Source: Camelus dromedarius
Taxonomy: Eukaryota
Length of the DNA: 64,000 nt
Assembly: GCF_036321535.1 (NCBI RefSeq)
Contig: NC_087438.1
Span: 9,054,001-9,118,000 of the forward strand
Reading direction: 5' to 3'
Position numbers and translations under genes: made by a program. A model generated the notes under the pieces. That model made no database searches and was not told where the DNA came from. It saw only the letters and a list, made by a program, of their open reading frames with translations. Positions 40,668 through 54,690 of this stretch are shown here, piece by piece (within the stretch, counting starts at the first letter, position 1; every line of letters starts with the position of its first letter).

Positions 40668-43424
40668 TAATAATAGCATAATTTTATTTTGTTTTTTATG
40701 TTGGGAAATATAGTTCCTATTTTAAAATACCTTTGAAATATACTTTGTTCTATTGTTTAAAGTTTTTAAAATATATTTCTTTTCTGATTTACTAACAATA
40801 AAAAAAAAACAGGTAAAGCAAATTGATATTCATTGAAGTTTAGTGACATAATTGATGACAATCAGAAATAAATTTCCTAAGCAGGGACTGAAATATAGGG
40901 ATTTTCACTACAAATTTACTACTTTCCCTGCTATACAATTTTCCTTTTTAATAATTATCATTAAGATTTGACTAATTTTATTAGAACTGTGTAAGAACTT
41001 TTTATAACTATAATAACATTTTAATATATCATCTTTATAAGAGAATCAGAAAGGAATTGATCATTATGGATCTCAGTTTGTATCACTTGCTTATTAAATT
41101 ATCATGATAATATAAGTACAAGTTAATGCTTCAATCCAATATGAAGGAAGAAATACTACTCAGGAAATACCATTATCTTCACTAGAGAATGATAAAAAAG
41201 AGCTTTAACTTTTATTTTTTTTTTTTGCTGTTATCTTTGTAAAATAAAGTTTAAGTCAAAGAAAGAATCTGTTGAAGTGTAACTTAATCAGGTTTGAGCA
41301 TCACTCATTCCTAATAAGCAACATGAACCCTGCAGTGTCTTTTTAATTCCTGTAACTAATTTATCATTCAAATCCACCCTGCCTCTAAGTTATATAGAGT
41401 AAATTACAACTTTTTTTTTTTACTTTTCACATGCCCTTTGGCTTATAACTACATCAAAGATAGATCTGAGTTGCTCAGAAAAAAAATGCCTTCATGTCAG
41501 AATACATGCCACGTTATTTTTAAAGATGTTACAACATGGCTTATTTGACAAGACCACAGGATTTATTTTAAGAAGTGATAATAGCACATTGGCTTTGATT
41601 TTTATTTCTGTATTTAACATGACTTTGATAGAATAAGCATATTAATTTGGTCCACTTAAAAACTTTATAATTGCTTTTCTATGTGAAGCTATGGAATAAT
41701 AAGAAAACTGAATCTTTGCCAGAAATCTGGATGAAAATGTAACAGACGAACCTCATCTCACGTGTACTCGTGAGCATTACTCAGGCTCCTAATCTGCAAT
41801 ATATAAAAATAGAATCTTTGGTGAATGAGAAAAATCATCATTTTTTGTTTTAATTCTTCACATAGCAATAATTGAATAAAATAATAAGTGACACAAATAC
41901 GAATCATAAATGAGAATATAAATGAATTATGTTTTAGGTTTATTAAGTCTAAAACACCGATTTATTTCTTGGGTCCTGAAGATTAATCTGCAGGCATTTG
42001 GGACCATACCACTTCTAGTACCAAGAATTGTAGATTCTGATGAATTCTCTTATCAGTGAAAAAAGATGGTGGGCCCCCTTCTAATTCTCTTTGTGAGCAT
42101 GCGCTTAGGTATCAATGTCATCTCTTTCAAGAGACAACACTCAAATTTAATCTGTTAAATATCGATGTTTGTCTGTGGCAAGTTTGTTTAAATAATTAGC
42201 TTTGTAAAATGAGACCGTAGCTTCAGGGTTAGCCAAGATTAGTTAACCTATGTTGTAGGACAAATTTGAGGTATTCATTAAGTGCTTAAAGAAGGTCTAG
42301 AATCATGTCATATGCTGTGCACAGATGTCTATATTTATTTATTTTACTTTGCTTCTATAGAAAATATGGACCACACATATGCCTGGATAATGGGTATTTA
42401 CTAAATCTTATATTTTATAAAGTTGGCATTATTTTTTTAAAACTGATTGAAACATTTTTATAATCTGGATTTTGTAAATTTAATAATTCTGAAGAGGAAA
42501 ACCTAAAACTTAAGGTTGTGTTCATCGCACAAGTTTTAAAATATAAAAACAATGCTTCTCTCAAAAATCTTTGCATGTAATTTTATCACTGCCTTGTTTC
42601 TTTGCATGAAATTATTAATCATTCTGTGAGGGCACCGTTGTGTGGCTAATAAAAGTGGCATTCTAATTTTTAAAGTATACAAAATTTCTGTTGGCATTTT
42701 AACAAGCAGATAGGCTTATATTCTATTTCAAAAGTGCTCCTACTTTTTCATAAAGCTAGTAATTACCATGAAAGCTTTGGGTATCTTGGAAAATCCTTAG
42801 ACAAATGAATTAAAAAATGATGACGAGTACAGCTGAACTTGGCACAAATTAACAAAGTCAATGCACAGCTTAGACCCAACGTTTTACTTTTAGAATATTA
42901 GTATCTTTCAATGGACGTGTTTATTCCCAAATTTCAAAAAATCAAAATCTTAGCCAAAGTGTTCCTCCTGAGAATACCTGGAAGCATATGGTTGTACCTC
43001 CAAGTGCAGCAAACAGTCAGGACTCCTTTATAAGGGTCAAGCCTTTAAAGGGATATTTGTAGCCATCTGTGCCAAGTATTTTTCCATATCTCTGAATAAG
43101 AGTGCTATGCTCCTCTGTGCACTGTGCTATCCCAGTGTCGCATGGAAGAATTGTCTCAGCTGTACTGTCTCTGGATTCTTTTTCTTTTTTAATTTTTAAT
43201 GCATCCAGCTTATTTATTAATCTTATTGGAGTAAGAACACTTAACAAATCTTAAGTGTGCAATACAGTATTATTAACTGTACTTCAGCTCTTCTCATCTC
43301 TCTCTGTCAAGAGGTGTATTATTAATATAATGTGTCTTAGGATTCAAATCCTGCCTCCACTTTTAATAGGCTACCTGACAGTGAACAAACCAATCAACGT
43401 TTATGAGCTTCTGTTTACTCATCG

Positions 43425-44735
43425 TTAAGATAAATATATGACAAAGGAGCCAAGAACATACACTGGAGAAAGGAAAGTCTCCTCAATAAATCATGTTGGG
43501 GAAACTGAATAGTAACATGCAAAAGAATGAAACTCGACCACTGTCTTACATCGTTCACCAGAATTAACTCAAAATGCATTGAAGATTTGAATATTAGATT
43601 TGAAACCGTAAAATAACTAGAAGAAAACATGGGCAGTACACACTTTAACATCAGTCTTAGTAATATCCTTTTGGATATGTCTCTTAAGAAATGGAAACAA
43701 AAGCAAAAATAAACAAGTGGGACTCCATTAAGCTAAGAAGCTTTTGCATTGCAAAGGAAACCATCAACAATATGAAAAGATAACTATCAAATGGGAGAGG
43801 ACATTTGAAAGTCATATATCCAATAAGGGGTTAATGTCTAAAATACATTTTAAAAACTCACACAACTCAACAACATAAAAACAACAATCCAATTAAAAAA
43901 TGAGCAGAGGCTCTGAATAAACATTTTTCCAAAGAAGATACACAGATGGCCAACAGGCACATGAAAAGATGTTCAATGTCACTAATTATTAGAGAAATGC
44001 AAATCAAGACCACAATGAGATATCACCTCACACCTGTCAGAATGACTATATCAAAAAGACAAGAAATAAGTGTTGGCAAGGATATGAGAAAAGGAAGCTC
44101 TTGTGAACTGTTGGTGGGAATGTAAATTCATCCAGCTGCTATGGAGAACAGCATGGAAATTCATCCAAAAATTAGGAATAGAACTACCATATGATCCAGC
44201 TTTTCCACTTCTGGGTACTTACCCCCAAAATACAAAAACCACTAATTAAAAAAATATATGCATGCTCACATTCATCCCAGTATTATTTACATTAGCCAAG
44301 CTATGGAAATAACCTAAGTCCCCATGGATGGATGAATGGATGAAGATGCCATATATATATACATACAATAGGATACATTCAGCCATTGAAAAAAAGATGA
44401 AATCTTTCCATTTGCAACAACAGGAGGGTGTTATGCTAAGAGAAAAATGTCAGACAGAAAAAGACAAATACCATATGAGTTCATTCATATATGGTATATA
44501 TGTGGAAAAAGAACATAGACAAACCAAAGAAAACAAATACTTAGATACAGAGAACAGATTGATGTTTACCAGAGAGGAAGAGGGTTGGGGTAGGGAAAAA
44601 TTAGTAAAGGGAGTGAATTGTATGGTGATAGCTGGAAACTAGAATTTTAGTGGCACGCTGTAGTGTGTCAGAAGTCCAATTATAATGTACATGGGAAACA
44701 TGTATACTGTAAATCAGTTACCTCAATAAAAACAA
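43425..44735 (+). mobile_element. 5'-truncated LINE-1 (L1MA-type), ORF2 3' part and 3'UTR
   Basis: 'atatgacaaaggagccaagaacatacactggagaaagga...agagaaatgcaaatcaagaccacaatgagatatcacctcacacc...tacctcaataaa'. Confidence 0.92.
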
Positions 44736-45634
44736 ACCTCAAAATTTTTTTGATAATATTGCCTGTTTATACTCACCCACTAGCAAGTATAATATCAAAA
44801 GAAATATCACTCATATGATTAGATGCTAAACACTGGAATTCTATGAATATATAAAATGTTCTGAATTCAAATCTTTATGTATGAGATGTTTATCTCTAAC
44901 CTCTGAAGCATCCTCTGAAACAGTGCACAATAAAATATTTAAATTCCTGTCAGTATTATTTCTCTTAAAATAGAATTAAATAGACAGAAAAATACCAAGA
45001 GTTTTATTTTCTTCATTCGGCCATTTAATTTCCCTAAAACATTAAAAAATGTCTGTTGACCAGACTCATAGACTCAGGTACTCTGCTCTAATTATTCACT
45101 ATTCAAGGCAAATAAGAAAAATTTCATTGCATTTTGTGTAGAGCCTTGCAACTACTGAATCAGAAAATTTGGCACGCCTGCCTCAGACAGGAGAGAGATA
45201 TAAATAGAATGCATTCAACTTTTTGGAGGCGCAGTCCCTGTAAAGAGAAAAAAATATATATTTACAGCTATTGGGACAAATGCTCTTCTTGATAAGATGT
45301 AAGCTTCTTTTTTTGCAGTTCATCATTTTGTTCTTCTTACAATAATGCTTATTTTGTTGTCAGTCAACCAGAATGTATACCTGAGATCAATTGAAAACAG
45401 GGAAGTCCCAGCTGCCATACCCACTTCGTATTGATAATCTTTTCATGTTATTTGCACAAGCAGCTTGGATCGTTCTAATAGATCAGTAGATCAAACATGA
45501 ATCATGGAAAGGAAGTTAATAGGTAGTTTGATAAGAGTCAACCAAATTTACTTGAACTTTCATCAAATTATTGGAATAAATTTCATAAATTATTTGAATA
45601 AATTTCATCAAGCTATTTGAATCAACTATTTGAG

Positions 45635-45915
45635 TGATGTCACCAAGATGGCAGACTAGAATACTCCAGGCCTGTCCACCAACAAAGGTTCACATTTAGA
45701 CAGCTTTTCACAAACCAGAACTCTCTGGGAGAGCTCTGGAGTTCCAATTAAGAAATTCCAGCAACCCAGTAGAAGAAAAATGCCTGAGAATAATCACACA
45801 AAAAGGGAAGGAAAAACAACTCTGTTTTCCCTATGTAATCCCATCCACCAAGCCAGCATTGCTCAGTGCCAAGAGGGGACTCCACAGCCAAAAGAGCTTC
45901 CCTGGCCTTCCAGGG
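45635..45915 (+). mobile_element. Old L1 5'UTR fragment
   Basis: Begins 'gatgtcaccaagatggcagactagaatactcc', an L1-start-like YY1 motif (AAGATGGC). Confidence 0.55.
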
Positions 45916-46239
45916 CACCCCATCCAGAGACTGGCAAAGCTGAGACGTAGAGATGGCTAAGAACAAGTGAGAAAAGCAGTTATCAGTGCCAGTCAATGCA
46001 TCAGAGCAATCCTTATAAGCAACACATTGACTGATCAGAATTCCAAATCAGATAACACGTGCAATTCACAAAAACAAAACCATTTATAGCGTTTGCATAT
46101 AGAAGATGCTAAATAGAGATTAAAAATTCTTGAGTACCCATGCTCAACATTTTCTGTTCTTTAGTAATTCAGCATTAGTTGTTTACTTCATAGCAGGTAA
46201 GTGTAGGGATAGGACCCTTAAAGCATCAGAATATGACTA

Positions 46240-46575
46240 TACTTGGGGATAGGACCTTTAAAGCAGTAATTAAATTTAAATGATATCATATAGATCCTAA
46301 TCCAATCTGATTAATGTCCTTGTAACAAGAGGAAAGCTGTACACACAGAGAGTCACCAGGAACGTGTGTGCGCAGAGGAAATGACGTGAGCACACCAGGA
46401 GAAGGCGGCCGTCTGCGAGCCAAGGAGTGAGGCCTCCGGGAGGCCAAACTTGCCACAGTTTGATCTTGAGCTCACTGGATCTTACACCGCTGGAACTGCG
46501 AGACAATGCATTCCTAAATGTTTAGGCCACCCAGCCCGTGGTATCTTGTTAAGGCAGCTCTAGCAAACTGGTACA
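46240..46575 (+). mobile_element. MaLR LTR (MLT1A/B-like)
   Basis: 'gagaaggcggccgtctgcgagccaaggagtgaggcctc...gtttaggccacccagcccgtggtatcttgttaaggcagctctagcaaactggtaca'. Confidence 0.85.
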
Positions 46576-46937
46576 AACACCTTGCTCTGAAGTAGAGGAA
46601 CCACGAAGCCAGGTGGAAACGGTAATGAAGAGACAGACATTGGAGCACACGCAGCTTAGGCCCATGTTAGCCAGCAGTTAGCAGAAATGCTAGGAAGAGA
46701 GGAGTGAACAAGACGACTCAGTCCCAGCTCTTATCGGTCTTGTATGCTAAGGACTACAACCTGGATCTTTAACATAAGTACATGCACATTAACATGTGTT
46801 GTGCCCCAAATCCCTGTTCTTTCACTTGCAGATCTATTCTGATTTGGTAAATGTAGATACACAGCACTGTTTTTAACAGGCGCACAGTCTCACATTTTAT
46901 GAGATATAATAGTTTGATTAACAATACTAATTTTTGA

Positions 46938-47203
46938 TTGGGAGTTCGAGATTTGCAGATGCTAACTACTATATATAAAATAGATAAATGACAAGTTTAT
47001 ACTGTATAGCACAGGGAACTATATTCATTATCTTGTAGTAACTTATAATTAAAAAGAATACGTATGTTCCTATACGACTGAAGCATTGTGCTGTGCACCA
47101 GAAATTGACACAACATTGTAAACTGACTATACTTCAATAAAAATATATTAATAAAAGAATTGTTCAACTAACTTCCCTAGTGATCAGAAATTAAAATTAA
47201 AAA
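46938..47203 (+). mobile_element. Short young L1 3' end with extra 3' sequence inside a 15-bp TSD
   Basis: Same 3'UTR as 57178-57395. TSD aatacta(a/c)tttttga at 46923-46937 and 47204-47218. Confidence 0.88.
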
Positions 47204-49287
47204 AATACTACTTTTTGACAATTAGACTGTTTCTAAGCATCACTGTTATAAAAGTTTAAGATATTAGGTTTGCCTGCGACCAAACTTTTACTTCTGAGAA
47301 TTTTTACTGCTACCAGGTTAATGTATTTTTGGTATATTAAAGTGGAATTGGGAAAAGTTTCCGAAAACTCTCCGAAGCAATCAATGAACCAGCTCTACAG
47401 TGAGGCAGCAGTTTTAAGATGTGACAAGACTCTTTACAAAAATTCTTATTATTCAACATATGATTTAAGGAGTGACACTACTGTGAAAATAAATTTAGTC
47501 AAACATTGTATTTGTTATTGAAATATCATCATATTGCCCATTGAATATTAAGACTGAGATTTCTTGTCATTTTATACAATATTATTAGTGTTTTATTCCT
47601 CATTGATTAGTGCACTGAAATTCAGTACCATTGCGATATGTTTTTGTAATTTTTGGAATATATCTTAATAATTTTATACATAATGAAATGTTGTTTGCTA
47701 CATATCACAAATGTCAAAAGTCTTAAGAGATAGTTCCCTGAAACTGTCATAAAATGTTTATATACTTACTAGAAAATCAAGAAACCTTTTCTTCCTTGCT
47801 TTCACTAGTGAAAAGGGTCATTTTGGCTATGTTTACAAAAAAACAGGAAACAAATTTCATGTGTTATGAGTTGTTTGTGGATGGATTCAATTTCCTCACT
47901 TTCCTTTCGTTTTTTTAAAATCACGTTATATTTATTTTCATTTAGGAGAATAATCTCACTTACAGTCAGTTTAATTTACTAGTTCATGAACTATTCCATT
48001 AAAATATTTTTATTCCATTTTAACAGAACTTCAATTCTTCTGCCATTTATATCTTGCCATTAGAGTCTTTTAAGACATCTTTCTTTGAAATGTATTTCTA
48101 TATATCTGACTAAAGCTTCCTGTAACAATGCAATTTCTTTTGAATATGATTCATTCATCTTGTGAACTTCTAATATGGTGCACATTAGACACGCTTTGAA
48201 AAAGAGACAGGCTAAGTAAAATTCATTGACATTTTCTTGGATATATTTGGATTATCCACCTTTAAGTGTATTTACAGCTGTCATTTTAGGATACCTTCTT
48301 TTAATGCAGCTAAATAATTTATGTAGCGAAAAATACATAATTTTCAGGGTAATAGCACTTGGCCTCCTTATTTTTTCCTGTCTTTTTAAAAGGGGCAGAA
48401 GCACCACAACAAAATACACCAAGAATTTGGTTTGTCTTCTCCCAGTCTGGAGAAATTCAGCATATTGTCAAGAGACCCAACAGGTAGTATATAGTATATG
48501 ATTTGAAAGGAGAACCAAAAGCATGCTGCAAGAGGAAAACATACAATATGTATGAATAATGAGTTCCTTCTTATGTTTTCTTTGCTTTTGTTAGGTTCTT
48601 AGCATCAACCAAGTAGCAGATGAGTAAATCATGATGAGTCTGCCCAAACGTGTGTATTTCCCAGAGTGGTTTGAGGAAGAGGAGAATATATATTTAAAAA
48701 AAAAGATCTGTTATAAAAATGCCATCAACTCTGTTTTGAAGCGGCTTGTTACGTGTGCGGTGGCATGTTCGTCTTGCAAATGAACCTCAGGCTTCTTGGC
48801 TGCGCCTCTGCTTCCTGTCTGATTCTGGAGCATCTGGGGACAATTTAGGGGGAGTTCAAGGTACTCTGCCCTCACTCCTGAGTCAAGGTTGGGTTGGATT
48901 TCTCAGTGTGCTGCATGAGGTTGTTAAATTTCAGGCTTCTCCTGGAGTCTGCTGTCTTCATCCGTCTGTCTCTTTTGGGATCCAGGCTAGAAAGGAGCTC
49001 CTTCTCCACAAAGTAAGGAGGTCCACTCACTCTCCCTCCCTGAACAGGAGGAAGTCCCACCTGCGGCTGCCCCCGGAAGAAGTGATTCTTTATTTCCCAC
49101 TTCCGGTCTCCAAACATGGAGCAGGTGTAAAGGAAACAGGGAACAAATAACTGGGGCCTGAAATTCTTTGCCTGAGCTAAACAGCCGCATGTTCAAGAGC
49201 AGTGGCTTCTGTAAGAAAGCTCTGTAGACTGGACGCTTTGGCTCTGCCTGCTGTCAGTGGAGTCTTCGCATCAGGGATGTGCAGGTG

Positions 49288-49428
49288 TGGGGCAAGGCTA
49301 CAGCACAAGTGGTAGAGCGCATGCTCAGCACCCAAGAGGTCAGGGGTTCAACCCCCAGTACCTCCTCCAAGCAGAAATCAATGAAGAAACCTAATTACCT
49401 CACCCTCACAAAACAAACGATGCAAGGA
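49288..49428 (+). mobile_element. tRNA-derived SINE, camelid Vic-1-like
   Basis: Box A-like 'acagcacaagtggtagagcgc', box B-like 'ggttcaacccc', tail 'aaacctaattacctc'. Exact 11-bp TSD atgtgcaggtg at 49277-49287 and 49429-49439. Confidence 0.85.
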
Positions 49429-50336
49429 ATGTGCAGGTGCCACTGTGACGTCACGTGTTCTAAGGCAGCTTGACCAGAGCTGAGGTTTTCCTCCAGGGGT
49501 TTAAGTCTACACTCCAGCACGTTTTATGTGAAGGTGTATTTACCTGTGTGTTCAGGTGTAGGTGAACCTACGGGTGCATCTGAAGATGATTTAAACAGTA
49601 GTAAACAGATGCTTAAGAATTTACAGGCTTGATCACTGTCAAATATTTGCTTCACAAACAGCATCATAAGAAAGCAGGCTTAACGTGCAGTAGAAAGAGG
49701 GGAATGTGATGAAAGAAAAAATCCTCAATTTAAGAGGGTAAATCCTCCGCTTTGGGAAAATTCTCTAACATCCAAGCTGGTTATCCACTGAGCAGTATTC
49801 TGTGGGGAAATTAGCACTCTTTTGACTGTGCTGTTAGAAATTCTCTAGGCGCCAGGAATGGTCACTCTAACATAGATGAAGTTAATCTGGAAAGGCATTT
49901 GACTTTGTGCTGTGAGTCTTTTGTGGGTCCACATGTCTCCAACATTGGGTGTTTTTACACATTCCATGTTAAGGTACTGGCAGGTCACCTCCATACACAC
50001 AAAAAAGAGTATGCACAGTTGACTAGAAAAAGTATGTAGTGTCCTGTTTGAAGGTGGAGAAAGCTGTTTCCTGAATCAGAACAAATAGTGCAGTACTGAG
50101 ATGCTGAAAATACAAAGACCAAGAAATAAAATGTCAAAAGGGAGACAGAAGGGCTTAGCAAAAAGATGAAATGTAAATATAACAAGGAAACATCAAGGAA
50201 GAAGGGAGGACTGGTGAAGCTATATTGGAAATGTGTAAATGCTATAAAGAGGCAGGACTACTGACAGGCCCCTCCTGTGAGAAGGGGTCACTGTATTACA
50301 CATTGTATTGCTGGCCTGGCATGGTTTGTGATATGC

Positions 50337-50667
50337 TGTTATTATGTTCAACTTGGAGAAGCAGATGGACCCCGAATTTGGCTTGGATTTTGAGACTGAT
50401 GAACACAAACACACACACACACCCCCCAAGATGGCATGTAAAGGTTTAGTACTTATATAATTGGTATCTCCAGGGAGAGCAAGATGAGCCCCTCATGCAA
50501 GCATGCCATGTCTTGAGAGATAAGGAAAGGAGACTGGCCCGGCTGAGGTCTGGGTGAGCATTCCTATGGTGGACAGGGGCTTCTGGGGTTGGATTCTCCA
50601 GCTGACACCAAGAGAGGGAGCACCCAGGCTTTCTTATTAGCTTGCCACATGGGAAAAAAATGCAACA
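50337..50667. mobile_element. Old ERVL-type LTR (MER54/73/74-like)
   Basis: TGTT...AACA termini and internal 'gagggagcacccaggctttcttattagcttgcc'. Confidence 0.45.
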
Positions 50668-51513
50668 TCCTAGACAAAAGATGCAAGGAACATATTAATG
50701 ACAAATTTATAGTTAGAAAGAATACTAAAGTAGTATAAACTGGTTTTATTTTCAAATATTTAACGATTAATGAGCAGTTAAAGATATGTAATAGTGATAA
50801 AACAAATATAAAATATTCAAATATACATTAAGGGCATATAAATTGTGTATTATAATATTAAATAGAAAGTTATTTTTATATGTATGCTTTATTGATATAA
50901 ATTACACATGATTGATTATAGAAATTAGATTGGCAAGGTTTATTTCTGATCAAATTTTGTATTGACGAATTTGTCAGGACTTAAGCAGTCCCTCACTCTA
51001 TTTGTTTTGGGCAAGGAAAAGGCAAATAGTCTATGTGAAGATCAATTTGACAATAAAGTCAAATAAATTCTGAAGTGACTGATTCAACCATTAAGAAATG
51101 ATTCTGGTAGATTTCAAAACTATAGCTACATGGCTCTGTGTAAATTGGAAAATTATTATTTACAAGTAGAAAATTGGCTAGATACAATCATATTAAGGGA
51201 TAATATTCGTTCATTAAACCTATAGATTACCTTGGGTATCAAGTATGTAAATATTGAATTTAAAACTGGAGGAGTAAATGCAGTTAGATTTGGTTCATTT
51301 GGAGTGGGAATAGATAAGTAATTTTGGTGTGCAAATTCCAATCCTATGTCTATGTAGCACTAATGTTACAAAAAGTAAGTCTTTTCTGTAGATTGTACCA
51401 ATGGAGTCAACATAGCGCTGGCAGTATTCTCTGACTATACTGATTTAATTGATGTTAATACTTGTTCTTTTAAGGGAATCTGAATTTCTTTCCAAAGAAG
51501 AACACGGTGATAT

Positions 51514-52168
51514 TGTTGCTAGTAGATGTAACTGGTGTCCACGTCCTTGTCCCTTCCCAGAAACAATTCAGAGACAAGACGTGGAGGTTAAGAAAGCAAA
51601 GTGAGGATTTATTAAGGGTGGATAGTACACGCTCAAGGGGAGAGTGGGCAGGCTCAGGTGAGCAGCCGCGCTGAGTTTCTGTGGCAAGTTGGTTACATAG
51701 AGTGTAAGAATAAAAGGGCAAGGTATTCATTGGGAAGGGGGTAGGGGTTATATCCCCTGATTTTCATCCCAACTCCACCTTCCCAAAGAGAGGAGGGACT
51801 TTTGTCCTTATTTAGTCTGGATCAGAGAAGTGTCCTGGCATCAGTGCAGGATGGGTACTTCTAATCTGCAAGGCAAATTTTACTGAAACGAGGGCATAAT
51901 GAACAAAAGGTTACATTCGAACACTGGAGATTCCTGCCTTTTTTCTACCTTTCTTTGTCAGCACCCAGGCAACTCATCACCCCAAAATGTGTGACCAATT
52001 ATCAGCCCATAAGTTCCTACTTTTCTTTCTCTGCCCGAGGACCCCTGGTGCTTACATGATGTATGATTTCCTGCATTTGGCCTGTGCCCCTCCTTTCTGC
52101 TCAACTCCTGCCATTTGGTCTGTGTCCCCCTTTCTCTGCTCATATCTAGCTATCTGTCTGCTCTAACA
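51514..52168 (-). mobile_element. ERV1 solo LTR (MER41-like) with an internal short direct repeat at ~52074-52142
   Basis: TGTTGC...CTAACA termini; minus-strand AATAAA near 51608; 4-bp flanks atat/attt. Confidence 0.8.
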
Positions 52169-53285
52169 ATTTGGCCTACTCTACCATGATTTAGGAAATC
52201 AATATTGCTAAAAATAAAGAATGTGGGTTTTTTGACTTTGGATTTTTAAAAGTGCAAAGGAATCTTCTTAAATCAATATTATCATTTTTCTATCTTTCAA
52301 GATAGAAAAGAAACCATCAATATAAATCATATAGTTTTTATAAATAAAAATGTATACTTTCTTCTTTTAATAAGCATATTTCAAGATAAATACCATACAT
52401 TTAAATTTATTGAAATATTTGTAAGCTCACAGAAAGTAAACCTGCTTTCTGGATGGATGTGAATTGTGCTGCCTCTGATATTACATTATTTAGAGATTGA
52501 ATCTTCCAGTAATCAGATAGTTACAAGCCTCTGGATACAGAAAACATCATGGTATCTAGGCTTTACCCCTCCTTGAAAATTAAAAAAAAAAAAATGACAG
52601 CACATATGCATGTTATTTTTTGGATTCTTTCTCTGTTAGTGACATTATATACAGCAACTTAATTATCTGGGTAGAGCTGCCTTGCGTTTTACAAATGCAG
52701 CACTGTCACAACATTTGGTACAGTTTCATGACAGAGATTAATTACAATTAAACAAGTGAAGTTTTTATTACTGTGCCCATTTTTCACACTGATGGAGTTA
52801 AGTTTGAGCCAATGTTCCTATTCAGTTCCTTCTTTTCAGGAATTTCAATTCAAAACATTAACCATGACTTAATCCAGCACTTGGCAGGCCGTCTCTAGCA
52901 AGATGAAGTTTGCTCCGGATGATTTACAAAGAACTCGAGGAAGTGGAATTGGAGACTAAAAAAGTGGGATGTGAAAGAAGATAAATAGAGATGCTTAAGT
53001 AATTTTATATGATATGGTTTTATAATTTAAAAGGAAAGTAATATGTGCTTAGCAGAATTGTTGTGCACCGTGAAGCATATGCTTCATCACTATCCACAAA
53101 TGTAGTAAGACAAAGAGCTGACATTTTATGTGTAAAGGCCTAGAAAATTAAAAGTACATTCATTTACTAAGTAAATAAGTAAACAGTGTAGCTTTTTAAA
53201 GTTAAAGCCAATAAAGAATGCTTTCAGTTTTGTTATTATTCAGAGTTGTACATAATTCTTTTCACTAAAAATTCAGTGACCATAA

Positions 53286-53286
<1 letters not shown>

Positions 53287-53318
<32 letters not shown>

Positions 53319-53335
53319 GTAGAGAGAGAGAGTGA
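53287..53335. repeat. Compound (TG)n(TA)n(GA)n microsatellite
   Basis: Directly visible. Confidence 0.9.
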
Positions 53336-54241
53336 GATGTAAAATTTTAAATGTTTTGAGAATTTTGCGGGAAAACACAGCAAACAAAAAATAACTACAC
53401 ATTTTGGGGAAAAAACAACAATCAGAAGTTACTGTAGTGTGAATAAAAGCAGTAAGATTCTAGAAAGAAGTGGAAATTTGCAAGAACAGAAGAGCAGAAG
53501 GTGGATATCTTGTCTTTAGCAGCTTTTCGCCTGGAGGCACACTGCACTTCACTCCGCTTACAGCAGCTAAAGTTCTGATAGAATCTTCACCATCATAGAA
53601 GCTTTAAGAAAGAGAAGAGAGAGGTGGGACGATCACAGAGGCTTCCAGGACAGGGGCAGTACCCCAGAAAACAGAGAGTTGGAGACAGGGCATCATGTAC
53701 TCTGTGTCTATACTCTGTAAAAACCTGATGTTCTTTGGCTAATCCTCGGACCACTTATGCATGGGATGAAGCCAAAGCAGCTCGGTTACGGACAAAATAA
53801 CTAAATTGTCATTTAAGCTGCTGATCAAGAGACAACATTTCCGAATCTATTTACCTGCTAAAACCAGCAAACAAACCAGATAACCAACACAATTTAGTGA
53901 ACTACAACAGAATTCAGAAAGTCATAGCAAAACATTCACAAAGTATAGGATACAATTTAAAATTATCAGACATAGAAGAAACAGGAAAATGTGTCTTAAC
54001 TCTGAAGAGAAAAAGACTACGTATGTCGACAATACAATAACCCAGAGGTTGGAATTACCAAATTAAGATTCTTAAACATGTATGTTTAGCTCTGCTTAAT
54101 GTTGTAGAAGAAAATGTTTTCCATGAATGAAAAGGTACAAAAATCTCAGGAGGAAATTAAAACACATAAATACAAATTAAAAGAAAATTTGAGAAGTAGA
54201 AATACATCTGAAAAATGTTAGCTCAGTAGCACAGTGGGGAT

Positions 54242-54690
54242 TGTATTAGTTTGCTAGGGTTGTCATAACAAAGTACCACAAACAGAATACCTTAAACAAC
54301 AGAACTTTATTGTCTCACGGTTCTGGAGGCTAGAAGTTCAAGATCAAGGTGCCGTAAGTCTTGGTGCCTCTGGGAGCTCTGAGGAGGAATCTGCTCCATA
54401 CCTCTCCTCTGTCTCCCCCAGTTACTGGCAATGTTGACATTCCTTGGTTGTGGAAGCATTACACCCATCTGCCTCATCTTCCCTGTGTGTGAGCCTGTGT
54501 TGAGAATTCCTCCTTCTGTAAGGACCATTCCAATCCAATTCATACTGGATTGGAGCACACCCTAATGACCTCATTTTAACATAACAAATTATATTGGCCA
54601 CAACCTGATTTCTAAGTAAGGTCACATTTTGAAGTGCTAGGTGTTAGAATGAATACATAAGGATTTTGTATTCATACAATTCAACCCAGA
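54242..54690 (-). mobile_element. MaLR LTR (MLT1C-like)
   Basis: TGTATTAGTTTGCTAGGGTTG...'tttattgtctcacggttctggaggctagaagttcaagatcaaggtg'. Confidence 0.85.

Noticed and set aside
45575..45635. Short degenerate repeats as a CRISPR-like array
   Set aside because: AT-rich slippage repeats without unique spacers, in mammalian DNA.
48746..49196. 134-aa and overlapping ORFs in the GC-richer island
   Set aside because: No recognisable homology and no convincing splice or start context.
49288..49365. tRNA gene
   Set aside because: The cloverleaf is degenerate, and a SINE tail and TSD are present.
52640..52900. Possible conserved non-coding element (similar impression at ~4900-5100 and ~58780-59000)
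   Set aside because: Only an impression from homeobox-like motifs; conservation cannot be judged without an alignment.
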